The translations under genes and the position numbers were made by a program. A stretch of DNA of 64,000 nt. Source: an uncultured Gemmatimonadales bacterium. Its GTDB lineage: Bacteria > Gemmatimonadota > Gemmatimonadetes > Gemmatimonadales > GWC2-71-9. The stretch is from positions 416,001-480,000 of the forward strand of contig CAVOGR010000001.1 in assembly GCA_963695555.1 (NCBI GenBank), given 5' to 3'. Below, in pieces: positions 1 through 10,575 of the stretch; position 1 is the first letter of the stretch; the number at the start of each line of letters is the position of its first letter. The notes under the pieces are model-generated. The model made no database searches and had not been told where the DNA came from. It saw nothing but the letters and a program-made list of their open reading frames with translations.

Positions 1-321
1 ACGCCACCCGCCACGCTCCGCGTGCTGCCGGTGGAGCCGCCGGCAGCCCGAGCCCGCCACCCCAACTACCTGTTGAAGCCGGGGCCCGATGAGCTCCTGA
101 GCGAGCTGTTGCCGCTCTATGTGCGGAATGTCATTTTCCGCGGCTTGGTGGAGACCGCCGCGTCGGAGCAAGGCGCTCGCCGCACGGCCATGAAGAACGC
201 AACAGACAATGCCGGCGAGATTCTCGACGTGCTCCGGCGCACGTTCAACCGGCAACGACAAGCGCAAATCACCCAGGAAATTGCGGAGATCGTCGGCGGC
301 GCCGCGGCGCTCGAGCAATAA
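1..321 (+). CDS. atpG: F0F1 ATP synthase subunit gamma, 3' part (truncated by window start)
   Basis: Conserved C-terminus ASEQGARRTAMKNATDNA...RQAQITQEIAEIVGGA; directly upstream of atpD. Confidence 0.97.
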   Translation, partial: TPPATLRVLPVEPPAARARHPNYLLKPGPDELLSELLPLYVRNVIFRGLVETAASEQGARRTAMKNATDNAGEILDVLRRTFNRQRQAQITQEIAEIVGGAAALEQ

Positions 322-1781
<1,460 letters not shown>

Positions 1782-1782
<1 letters not shown>

Positions 1783-2039
1783 TGCACGTCACCGTCATCT
1801 CGCCTGAGGCGTCGAAGTATGATGGACCGGCGGACGCGGTCGTCGCGCCGGCCTATGACGGGCGGGTGGGAATTCTGCCGCGGCACGCACCATTCATGAC
1901 TCTGCTGGGCACGGGACTCCTGGTCGTCCGGCAGGCCGGCACGGAGCATCGGTTTACCGTGCACGGCGGCTTTCTCCAGGTGGTCGACGACACGGTGCGC
2001 GTGGTGACGGAGCAGCTCGAAGAGGTGCTCGATGGGTAA
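1782..2039 (+). CDS. atpC: F0F1 ATP synthase subunit epsilon (short, beta-sandwich domain only)
   Basis: VISPE...G.VGILPRHAPF...GGFLQV; TGATG coupling to atpD. Confidence 0.93.
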
Positions 2040-2628
2040 GCTCCTTCTTGCCGCAGTCCTGGTGGTTGGCCTGGCCGGCACCCGCCCCGCCTGGGGTCAG
2101 TCCACCGGCACGCCGGCCTTTCTGGCGCCGTACCGGGCCGCCCGGACCAACGAACTTGGCGCGACCCTGTCCGATCCGGGCGAGGGTGTCGCCATCGAAG
2201 GCTTTTATCGGTTTGGCCGCCAGCCTCACGACTTCGGCTTCCGCGCCGGCATTCTCGATACCGATGGCACAACTGCCGGTCTCTTCGGCGTGGATTACCG
2301 AGTGCGGGTCTTGACGCACGGCGAAGACATGCCGCTAGACGGTGCCCTGGTGCTGGGCGTTGGCGCGGCCCTGTCCGATCAAGCTTCTATTGGATACATC
2401 CCGATTGGACTCAGTCTCGGCCGGCGGATCGACCTCGAGGAATCCGCCGTGAGTTTCGTCCCATATTTCGAGCCCCTGCTCACGCCGACGTTCGGTGACA
2501 GGGAAGATGTCCTGTTCTCGGTGGGGTTGGGGGTCGACATCAGGGTCAGCCAACATCTGGACTTGCGCGTCGGCGGGGCCCTCGGCGACTACGACGGGAT
2601 CTCTGTGAGCCTGGCCTGGCTCCAGTGA
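2032..2628 (+). CDS. putative outer-membrane beta-barrel protein
   Basis: Signal peptide (..PAWG), alternating beta-strand pattern, aromatic residue near the C-terminus; overlaps atpC stop. Confidence 0.6.
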   Translation: MGKLLLAAVLVVGLAGTRPAWGQSTGTPAFLAPYRAARTNELGATLSDPGEGVAIEGFYRFGRQPHDFGFRAGILDTDGTTAGLFGVDYRVRVLTHGEDMPLDGALVLGVGAALSDQASIGYIPIGLSLGRRIDLEESAVSFVPYFEPLLTPTFGDREDVLFSVGLGVDIRVSQHLDLRVGGALGDYDGISVSLAWLQ

Positions 2629-2675
2629 TTTCCCAGCACCACCCACGGTCACCTACGGTTGAGGAGTACGTTTTC

Positions 2676-3332
2676 ATGAAGCGGACACGCATTGCAGCGG
2701 TTGTGATCGGCGCCCTCCTGCTGGGTTCGGGAACCGTCCACGCGCAGGTGTACGGTCTGCCGGTGTTCAACAGCGGGGTAAGCACCGGCCTCGGCATCAT
2801 GGGCGACGTCGGCTTTCCCAACGACGACTCCAATCTCAAGACCACATACGGGGCCACCGCGACCCTCGGAATCGGCCTGCTGGGGTTCTCAGCCAGCGTG
2901 GCCCGGTCCGGCATCGAGAGCTCCGACCGCGACTTCACCTCGGTCGGCGGCACGGCCAATTTCAAGGTGCTCGGCGGGCCGCTCATTCCCCTTGCCGCAA
3001 CGCTCCAGGCCGGCGTGGCCTTCGCCGAAGTTGCCGACGGGGTCAACAATTTGCGGGTGCCCATCGGACTTGGACTCACGCTCACCATCCCCAGCGTCGC
3101 GGTGGCCATCAAACCATGGCTCGCCCCCCGACTCGAGATTTCCCGGGTATACGGCGACAACGTGCTGGAGGACGACACCGATACCCGGTTCGGATTGAGC
3201 GGCGGCATCGACTTCAATCTGATCAATGGCTTGGGCTTCCGGGCTGCGGCCGACTACGTGAACGTCGATGGTGGCGCACCCACCGTCTTCAGCGTCGGCG
3301 CCGGCTACAATTTCCGGCTTCCCGGTCTCTGA
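2676..3332 (+). CDS. putative outer-membrane beta-barrel protein
   Basis: GAGGAG RBS at 2661; signal peptide ending VHA-Q; terminal strand FSVGAGYNF. Confidence 0.7.
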   Translation: MKRTRIAAVVIGALLLGSGTVHAQVYGLPVFNSGVSTGLGIMGDVGFPNDDSNLKTTYGATATLGIGLLGFSASVARSGIESSDRDFTSVGGTANFKVLGGPLIPLAATLQAGVAFAEVADGVNNLRVPIGLGLTLTIPSVAVAIKPWLAPRLEISRVYGDNVLEDDTDTRFGLSGGIDFNLINGLGFRAAADYVNVDGGAPTVFSVGAGYNFRLPGL

Positions 3333-3378
3333 CGGGAAGGGCATCGCGCCGCGCCGCGGATCGATTATCATTGACGCC

Positions 3379-3771
3379 ATGATTAGCGATTCCCAGGCCC
3401 CCTCCTGGCGCCGCGCGAAGCGCGCCCTTGCCGCTCTCGTCCTTGCGATGTCGCTGAGCGGTTGTGCCGTCCATTTCGACGCATCCCAGCTCGGCGTCCC
3501 CGTCACCATGGCGTCACCCGCCGGCCAACCGGCTACCGGCGAAGCGTTCCGCGTGACATCGCGCGCCACGTTCGGGTTCTTCGGATTGGTCAGCTTGTCA
3601 CAGCCCTCGATCGAGAGAGCCTTGGCCGCCCAGTTGCTGGACGGGCAGGGCGTTGCGGACTTGAAGATCAAAGTGCGAAGCCGCTGGAGCGATATTCTGA
3701 TATCCGCCATCACACTCGGCCTGATCGTCCCGCGTGCCGTGACCTATGAAGGGGTCATCGTTCCGCGCTGA
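3379..3771 (+). CDS. small lipoprotein (Bor/TRL-like)
   Basis: Lipobox LSGC; C-terminal ITLGLIVPRAV resembles Bor/TRL-like lipoproteins. Confidence 0.6.
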   Translation: MISDSQAPSWRRAKRALAALVLAMSLSGCAVHFDASQLGVPVTMASPAGQPATGEAFRVTSRATFGFFGLVSLSQPSIERALAAQLLDGQGVADLKIKVRSRWSDILISAITLGLIVPRAVTYEGVIVPR

Positions 3772-5098
3772 GCGGCAAGCGGTCCCTCGCTAAGCCGGAC
3801 CCCGTCATGGCGCGATCGATGAGATCCACCGTCCGCTCGGCCGCGCCGAGCTCCCGATCGATCACCTGCCGGGCAAGCTGGCCCTCGGCATCCCTCGCCG
3901 CGGCGTCAGTGAGCCACTCCGCCCAAATCGTCGCCAGTTGATCGGCTGCACGAGTCGGAACCTCCGACGCGACCGGGTGCCCCGCGCCCGCCCGCTCCAG
4001 CAGCCGGGCATCCCGGCTCTCCCGCCACCTCGGCCCGAAGGCAACCGGTAGCCCCCAGGCCGCCGGCTCGAGGACGGAATGGAGGCCGGCGCGCCGGAAG
4101 CCGCCACCCACGTATGCCATGCTTCCAGCTCCGTAGAGTGTGGCCAGGATTCCGACCCGGTCGACGACGATCAACTCGTCAGGCGACCCTTCGAGCGAGC
4201 TCAATCGGACCGGGGGAGCGAGACCGAGTCGTACTGCGCGGGAGTCGAGGTGTCGGAGGTGCCCGTCGGTCGGCTCGTGCGGGACAAGGATCAGTCGGAC
4301 CCCTCGATGTTCCCGCCGAATGCGCCGAAAGGCGGACAGAAGGACGTGCTCGTCGCTTCCCCACGTCGACCCGGCGACCATGGTTGGAGCGCCGTCGCCC
4401 ATCCTGAGCAGCGGCTCGTCCGGAGGAACTGCGCGCACCTTCCGGTCCACGCTGTCCATGCGCGGATCGCCCGTCGGGTGGATCGCTCGACGCGGAACCC
4501 CAAGGCGGACCAGGCGCTCACCGTCCTCAGCGGCGATAACGCCCGCGGCCTCGACGACCGCGTACCCAGGCTGGAGCAGCCCGCGTGCCGGCCAGCGAAG
4601 GCGGCCGCTGCCGGGGCGAACCGTACCCGCGGCCAACAACACCTTGATTCCACGGGCAGCAGCCCGGGTTGCGAGTTCAGGCCAGAGATCGAGTTTGGTG
4701 AATACGAGGGCACTCGGAGACAACGCGGCGATCACGCGTTCGACGTCTGCAGGTACATCATACGGAAGATAGTCGCGCACGTCGACGGGAAGACGCGTTG
4801 CCCATGGCGCGGCGGAGGGACTGAAATAGGTATAGGCAACCTGCCACTCCGGATGGCGCTCGGAGAACGCGGTGATCACGCTCTCGGCTTGCAGGCCCTC
4901 ACCGACCGACGGGGCGTGAAACCAAACCAGGGGCCGGCCCGTCTCTCTGTTCTGTCGAGCCCAACCCTCCAGCCGCGCGACGAGGCCGGTCCGGTCCTCG
5001 TGTCCGCGGCGGAGCTTGGGAACGAAGAGCCCAGCGGCGGGAACGAGGCGCGATGCCACGTAGGCGCCCGCGCGATACCATGGTGACGTGTGCGGCAT
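3755..5098 (-). CDS. waaA: 3-deoxy-D-manno-octulosonic acid (Kdo) transferase
   Basis: VWFHAPSVGE, YLPYD, AGSTW, LVPHEP, GLHSVLEPAAWG motifs. Confidence 0.92.
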   Translation of the reverse strand: MPHTSPWYRAGAYVASRLVPAAGLFVPKLRRGHEDRTGLVARLEGWARQNRETGRPLVWFHAPSVGEGLQAESVITAFSERHPEWQVAYTYFSPSAAPWATRLPVDVRDYLPYDVPADVERVIAALSPSALVFTKLDLWPELATRAAARGIKVLLAAGTVRPGSGRLRWPARGLLQPGYAVVEAAGVIAAEDGERLVRLGVPRRAIHPTGDPRMDSVDRKVRAVPPDEPLLRMGDGAPTMVAGSTWGSDEHVLLSAFRRIRREHRGVRLILVPHEPTDGHLRHLDSRAVRLGLAPPVRLSSLEGSPDELIVVDRVGILATLYGAGSMAYVGGGFRRAGLHSVLEPAAWGLPVAFGPRWRESRDARLLERAGAGHPVASEVPTRAADQLATIWAEWLTDAAARDAEGQLARQVIDRELGAAERTVDLIDRAMTGSGLARDRLPLSAER

Positions 5099-5181
5099 GA
5101 ACGGGAAATGTGGCCGGTGGTCCGGAACGGCGTCAATGGCGCCGGAATATTTGTGAGAGGAACTCAGACGCCGATGACAAC

Positions 5182-5913
5182 ATGAAGGCAACCGCCACGT
5201 CGTACTGGAAGCTCACGCGAGCGCCGCGCTATAGCCTCACGTTTGCCTTGCCGCTCCTCCTCGCGTACGAGGCGTTGGCGGTTCTGCTTTCCGGCGACGG
5301 CCTCACCGGGGTCCGCAACGGGGCGGACGTCCTGCTCAAGAGCCTCTTTGTCACCTTCGGTGGCCGCGGCGGGTTGATCACCTTCGGTGTCGTGCTGGTA
5401 GGTGCTGGCGCTGTTCTGGTGTGGCGGGATATTCGGAAGTCCGGGTGGCCGAAGGGCACGGTGCTGCTCGGCATGACGGGCGAGTCGGTTGGCTACGCCC
5501 TGGCCTTCGGGAGCGTCGCCGCCGTGCTTACCGGGCTCCTGCTCAGCGGCATTCCGGGGCTTTCACTGGTGCAATTTTCGCGATTCGATCTCCCCACCCA
5601 GCTGATGATCTCCCTCGGTGCCGGGCTCTATGAGGAGCTGCTCTTCCGGGTCATCCTGGTGTCGGGGCTGGCGGTGTTCGGCCGCGTTGTCGTGGGGTGG
5701 TCGTCCCGCGGGGCGGCGGTGTTCGCCGTCCTGGTCGGAGCCCTGGTCTTTTCCTGGTTTCACTACATCGGGCCGTACGGCGACCCGTTCGCTCTCGGCT
5801 CCTTTACCTTCCGTGCCATAGCCGGGGTACTCTTTAGCGGGCTCTACCTCCTGCGAGGATTCGGCGTCACGGCCTGGACCCACGCCTTGTACGACGTGTT
5901 CCTCGCCCTCTGA
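5182..5913 (+). CDS. CPBP (Abi/CAAX) family intramembrane glutamic endopeptidase
   Basis: EELLFR, FSWFH and HALYD motifs in a multi-TM protein. Confidence 0.88.
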   Translation: MKATATSYWKLTRAPRYSLTFALPLLLAYEALAVLLSGDGLTGVRNGADVLLKSLFVTFGGRGGLITFGVVLVGAGAVLVWRDIRKSGWPKGTVLLGMTGESVGYALAFGSVAAVLTGLLLSGIPGLSLVQFSRFDLPTQLMISLGAGLYEELLFRVILVSGLAVFGRVVVGWSSRGAAVFAVLVGALVFSWFHYIGPYGDPFALGSFTFRAIAGVLFSGLYLLRGFGVTAWTHALYDVFLAL

Positions 5914-5931
5914 GCGATCTCCCTTCGTTCG

Positions 5932-6597
5932 TTACTCGGGCTTGGTCTTGGCCGCGTAGACCGAGTCGAGAATCTGGCGGAAGGTCTCGACGGGATAGGC
6001 GCCGACCAGCAACCCGCCCTCGATATAGAAGGTCGGCGTGCTGTTCGCGCCCGAGCGGGCGGCTCCCATGGCATCGGCCTCCACAATCGGTCGGGAGGTC
6101 TTCCGTTGAACACACGAAGTGAGGGCGACCCGATCCGCGCCGACCGAATCCCCCAGCGCGAGCATGAACGCTCCAGGTTCCTTGAGCGGTGCCCAGGTCT
6201 CCTGGTACTTGAAGAGGAGGTCGTGCACCGGCCAGAATTTGCCTTGCCGGGCCGCGCACATCGCAACTTCTGCTGCCGGCGCCGCGTTCGGGTGCATCGG
6301 CAGGGGAAAATTCACAAAGACCCACCGGACCTTGCCCGTGTCGATGTATTCCCGCTCGAGTAGAGGGTATGTCTCCATTGCATGTCGCTTGCAGTACGGA
6401 CATTGAAAGTCCGACATCTCGTACACGGTAACAGGCGCCGTTGGGCTGCCCTTCGACCGCGAGGCCAGCGGGTCGTCCTGGCCAACGACCGCGGAGACCG
6501 GTCGGCGGGTGCTTTCCGCTTCCTCGGCGGGCCAGAGGAAGGCGGAAACAGCGAACACGGACAATGCGCCGACGAGCATGCTCTTCTTCACGTTCAT
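5932..6597 (-). CDS. DsbA family (thioredoxin_4) oxidoreductase
   Basis: SDFQCPYC active site, NFPLPMH, cis-Pro STPTFYI; signal peptide. Confidence 0.9.
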   Translation of the reverse strand: MNVKKSMLVGALSVFAVSAFLWPAEEAESTRRPVSAVVGQDDPLASRSKGSPTAPVTVYEMSDFQCPYCKRHAMETYPLLEREYIDTGKVRWVFVNFPLPMHPNAAPAAEVAMCAARQGKFWPVHDLLFKYQETWAPLKEPGAFMLALGDSVGADRVALTSCVQRKTSRPIVEADAMGAARSGANSTPTFYIEGGLLVGAYPVETFRQILDSVYAAKTKPE

Positions 6598-6632
6598 GGG
6601 TTCTGCCTTTGGGGGAAGGGGCGGTGAGCGGC

Positions 6633-7391
6633 TCAGTACTTGGGTCGCCGCTGCCCGCTGCGAGGATCGAGGACGATCGTGTCCTGCGTGACGGGAATGT
6701 TCCAATACCACTCGGCGTTGGGGTCGTGCGCGTCCCAGGACCGCACGTAGATCCACCAGCGCCCCGGCGTCAATCGCAAGGTGGCCCACCCACCGGCCTC
6801 GGTCGTATCGCTGGCAGGCTCACGCATCGAGGCGTTGGCCAGGTTCTGAACCAAGGTATCGTAGCCGCCGTAGATGCTATCTTCCCAGGCGCGGACGTCC
6901 GTTCTCAGGCTCTCGATCGGGCCGGAGAGCTCTCGCCGCGCCCGGGCCAACCGGTCGCTGGCGGCCTTGCTTGCGCGATCGGCCTCCGCAACCGAATCGG
7001 TGACCACAGTGAAGCGCCGATACAGGCTCTGGTATTCGGGAGCGGAGCGGGCGATCGTGTCGAGGGTGGCGCGAATGGCCGTCAGGGTGTCGTGAAACGC
7101 CTGGCCTCGCGCGGTGGCCACGGCGTACACCGCGAAGGGCTTCCGGTACTGGGCGAACAGGTCGTCCAGGGCGGCGGTATGCGGGCGCGGTTGACCGGCC
7201 CTGGCCTCCAGACTCGCGAGCACGCTGTCCCGGTTGTACGGCAGGGCCACGATGGGAAGGTCCACCGCTGGAGCCAGCGCGGAATCGGCACCGGGTATCA
7301 AGACTTGGACCGCCACGTCGCGCGGACCGCCACAGGCCGAACACACCAGAACGGCTGGGATGAGAAAGCTGCTCTTGAGTTGCACGATCAC
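6633..7391 (-). CDS. hypothetical lipoprotein with central coiled-coil
   Basis: Lipobox-like CSAC; plausible codon usage; start uncertain. Confidence 0.7.
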   Translation of the reverse strand: MIVQLKSSFLIPAVLVCSACGGPRDVAVQVLIPGADSALAPAVDLPIVALPYNRDSVLASLEARAGQPRPHTAALDDLFAQYRKPFAVYAVATARGQAFHDTLTAIRATLDTIARSAPEYQSLYRRFTVVTDSVAEADRASKAASDRLARARRELSGPIESLRTDVRAWEDSIYGGYDTLVQNLANASMREPASDTTEAGGWATLRLTPGRWWIYVRSWDAHDPNAEWYWNIPVTQDTIVLDPRSGQRRPKY

Positions 7392-7406
7392 CCTTTGGGC
7401 TGCACA

Positions 7407-7927
7407 GTGAGAGCCACGTTGAGTCGCAGAAAGCTAATCGCCCTCAGCATTCTCCTCCAACTCGTGCCGCGTGCCTCGGCATTGGCGCAGCGTTCGGGGA
7501 TCGAGCAGTTGTTTCCGGCCGGGCCGACTGGCTACGTGACCGATGTGGCGGGGGTGCTGGATCCGGCCAGTACCCGTGACATCGAAGGCCGCATCGCAGC
7601 ATTGAAATCCACGACCGGCGCGGAGATCGCGGTCGTGACGCTTCCCACGATCGGGGACTACGCCGGTCGATGTCGCGGTCACCGTTGGGCGGGCCCGGGC
7701 GTGGGGGCCAAGGCGGTCATCGGCGGGCGTTACAGGATGAACTGGAAGGCACCGAGAATCGCATCGCCGTGGCTCGCACGGATTACAACGAATCCGTAGG
7801 GCAAGTGAACGCGTTCATTCGGACTTTTCCCTACAACCTCACCACCATGATCTCGAGGCAGCGCACCCCGCGGGAGTACTTCGAGGCCAGTCCGGGAGCT
7901 GCCGAAGCACCGCGGGTGGAGTTCTAA
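7407..7927 (+). pseudogene. chimeric remnant: 5' part of a TPM-domain gene joined to the 3' part of a LemA gene
   Basis: GYVTDVAGVLD...AEIAVVTLPTIG (TPM domain) with two indels, then from about 7725 LQDELEGTENRIAVARTDYN...FPYNL...YFEA (LemA C-terminus). Confidence 0.8.
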
Positions 7928-7932
7928 CACAA

Positions 7933-7960
7933 AGCCCCTCCCGATTGCTCGGAAGGGGCT
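7933..7960 (-). terminator. intrinsic terminator downstream of the M23 gene
   Basis: Minus strand AGCCCCTTCCGA-GCAA-TCGGGAGGGGCT (GNRA loop, one G-U pair) followed by TTGTGTT. Confidence 0.7.
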
Positions 7961-7984
7961 CCTCTCCAGCACGCTCCGGCTTGC

Positions 7985-8911
7985 CTAGTCGGTGACCATG
8001 TCCGGCAAGACATACTTGAGCGGGTTCACGGCCTGACCATTCACGTGCACCTCGTAATGGAGGTGCGGCGCAGTCGCGAGCCCAGATTTTCCAACCAGCG
8101 CGATCAAGTCTCCCCGGACGACCCGCTGCCCCTCGTGCACCAGCAGCTTGGATGCGTGGGCGAACCGGGTTTCCACGCCAAAGCCATGACTGATGATCAC
8201 GATCTTGCCGTACCCGGTCTTCTCGCCGGCATAGGTGACCACGCCGGCTGCTGGCGCCTCGATGGGCGTTCCGGTCGGCGCAGTGACGTCGATACCGACG
8301 TGGGGCCGCGCAACATTGAGAATCGGGTGCAGTCTACTGGACGAATAGTGACTCGTGAGCCAGCCCACGGTCGGCAGGATCGACGGGGTGGCTTCCAATC
8401 GCTTCTTGTGGGATCCGAGGCTGTCCACCGCGTCGGCGAAGGAGTTGGCCAACAAGTTCGCCCGGCGAATCAGACCGTCCAGATCGACCCGGACCAGGTC
8501 GGCTTGCCGACCCAGCACACCCATTTCGGCCGTTGGCGACGGCTCGGTTGCTCGGGGGCCGCCGATACCGGCCGCTTGGACTTGGGGATCGAGTGGATCG
8601 AGGTTGGCCAAGACGCGGATCTGATCGTCGCGCTCTGCGATCTGTTGCAGCGTGTCGGCCAGGTCGGTGAGCCGGCCATGTACCCGCCCGATTTCCGCGG
8701 CCAGGGCTTGATTCTCGGCCTCGAGCCGGTCGGCTCGGGCCAGGTCGAACGACCGGGTGACGGTCGCGAAGCCGAGGGCCAAGACCACCATCACGGCCGC
8801 CGCGACGAATGCGCCCGCGAGTTTGAGCGCCGACGTCGAGACCTCGAGATTCCTCGAAATGCCCGATCCGTGGGGAACGATTACGAATGTCCAACGCCGC
8901 TGGGCCATCAA
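7985..8911 (-). CDS. M23 family metallopeptidase
   Basis: N-terminal TM and coiled-coil; HVGID, FAHAS and PHLHYEV motifs. Confidence 0.93.
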   Translation of the reverse strand: MMAQRRWTFVIVPHGSGISRNLEVSTSALKLAGAFVAAAVMVVLALGFATVTRSFDLARADRLEAENQALAAEIGRVHGRLTDLADTLQQIAERDDQIRVLANLDPLDPQVQAAGIGGPRATEPSPTAEMGVLGRQADLVRVDLDGLIRRANLLANSFADAVDSLGSHKKRLEATPSILPTVGWLTSHYSSSRLHPILNVARPHVGIDVTAPTGTPIEAPAAGVVTYAGEKTGYGKIVIISHGFGVETRFAHASKLLVHEGQRVVRGDLIALVGKSGLATAPHLHYEVHVNGQAVNPLKYVLPDMVTD

Positions 8912-8993
8912 GAGTCCGCCAGGCTAGATCTGCTTGGTTGAGTCTGCAGGTTCTGGGCCCAAGGTGGGCTCCGCCGGTCCTCGCTCGGGGTGG

Positions 8994-9022
8994 AGTATCA
9001 CCCGATGCAACTTGTGTGTCAA
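8994..9022 (-). promoter_or_regulatory. putative sigma70 promoter for the M23 gene
   Basis: Minus strand TTGACA-17 nt-GATACT. Confidence 0.55.
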
Positions 9023-9063
9023 GGCGAGGCCCACCCCGTATAACTCTTGTACTGTCAAATACT

Positions 9064-10575
9064 TTAGCCCTGAGTTTCCTTGGGGAATAGGACCTCAACC
9101 CGCCGGGTTGGGCTGCCCTCAACCGGTGGGGCGGTGCCGGACCCCCAGGTTCGCTTCGCCCCCCCGGTCTGGCCGAGCCCCTCCCAGAGCCGGGCCGTCT
9201 TGGCAGGCATGAAGGGGTCAGTCATGAGTGCCAGGCGATACAGGCATCTTGCAAGGGTCCCAAGGGTGGCATCGAGGTCCGAGTCCTTGCCCTCCTTGGC
9301 GAGCGTCCAGGGCGCTACTTCGACGATGTACTGGTTGGCTCGGGCCACGAGGGTCCACGCCGCCTCCAACCCGCCCCGGAGGTCGAGGGCGTCCATCCGA
9401 GCTCGGTAGCGCTCGAGCACATCGAGCCCGGCCTGATCGAGCGACGTGCCGTTCGGGGACGGCGGCACGATGCCCCCGCGATACTTATCGAGCATGGCCA
9501 GCGTTCGGGAGACGAGGTTGCCGAGTCCGTCCGCGAGGTCGGCTACGTAGCGCTCGTCGAACCGGTCCCAGGTGAAGTTGCCGTCCGCTTCGAAGCCAAC
9601 CTCCCGGAGCAGAAAGTACCTGAGCGCATCGGTGCCGTGGCGCTCCATAGCCGACTCCAGCGACACGGCCGTCCCCGCGGTCTTCGACATTTTGGCGCCT
9701 TCCCACTGGATGTAGCCGTGCGCCCAGATCTGTCGCGGCAGGGGCAGGCCCGCGCTCGCGAGCATCGCGGGCCAGACCACGCAGTGAAACCGGGTGATGC
9801 CTTTGCCGATGACGTGGAGCTCGGCCGGCCACAGTCGCTGGTACCCGGAGTCGGGAAAGCCGGTTGCGGAGAGGTAGTTGATGAGCGCGTCGAACCACAC
9901 GTACACCGTGTGATCCGGATCGCCGGGGAAGGGAATTCCCCAGGGAAAGCGGGCCCGGGAGATGGAGATATCCTGCAGCCCGTCCTCGAGGAGCCGGATG
10001 ATCTCGTTGCGCCGGATCGCGGGCTCGACCAGAAACTCTCCGGACTGGATCAGCTGCAGCATCGAGTCGCCGTAGCGGCTCAACCGGAAGAAGTGGTTTT
10101 CCTCTTTTTTTGCCGCGAGCTCGAGCGAGGGATGTTCGAGACAACGCCCGTCGGCGATTTGGCTGTCCTGTTTGAACTCCTCGCACCCGCTGCAGTAGAG
10201 TCCCTCGTAGGTGTCGACGAAGAGATCGTTGGGGTTGTGCGTGCGAATCTGAGTGAGAAGCGCTTCGACGGCGCGCTTGTGCCGCGGCTCCGTGGTCCGG
10301 ATCCAGTCGTCGTAGCTGCAGTCGAGTCGGTGGTAGAGATCGGCAAATCGGTCCGCCATGCGGTCCACCCACGCCTGGGGCGACACGCCGTTGGCCTCCG
10401 CCGCCTGGACCACGCTTTGGGAATGCTCGTCCATTCCCATCACGAAGTGCACGTCGTCGCCACGGAGTCTCCGGTACCGGGCAATGGCATCCGTCCCGAC
10501 CTTCTCCAGAGCCTGGCCCAGGTGGGGATCGCCGTTGGCGTAATCGATGGCGGTCGTGACGTAGAACTTAGTCAC
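9064..10575 (-). CDS. metG: methionine--tRNA ligase (short form without the C-terminal tRNA-binding domain)
   Basis: FYVTTAIDYANG.PHLG, YVWFDALINY, KMSKT; GTG start overlapping the upstream stop. Confidence 0.96.
   Translation of the reverse strand: MTKFYVTTAIDYANGDPHLGQALEKVGTDAIARYRRLRGDDVHFVMGMDEHSQSVVQAAEANGVSPQAWVDRMADRFADLYHRLDCSYDDWIRTTEPRHKRAVEALLTQIRTHNPNDLFVDTYEGLYCSGCEEFKQDSQIADGRCLEHPSLELAAKKEENHFFRLSRYGDSMLQLIQSGEFLVEPAIRRNEIIRLLEDGLQDISISRARFPWGIPFPGDPDHTVYVWFDALINYLSATGFPDSGYQRLWPAELHVIGKGITRFHCVVWPAMLASAGLPLPRQIWAHGYIQWEGAKMSKTAGTAVSLESAMERHGTDALRYFLLREVGFEADGNFTWDRFDERYVADLADGLGNLVSRTLAMLDKYRGGIVPPSPNGTSLDQAGLDVLERYRARMDALDLRGGLEAAWTLVARANQYIVEVAPWTLAKEGKDSDLDATLGTLARCLYRLALMTDPFMPAKTARLWEGLGQTGGAKRTWGSGTAPPVEGSPTRRVEVLFPKETQG

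Noticed and set aside
6441..7799. 452-aa plus-strand ORF
   Set aside because: Mostly antisense to real genes; only the portion from 7407 encodes the TPM remnant
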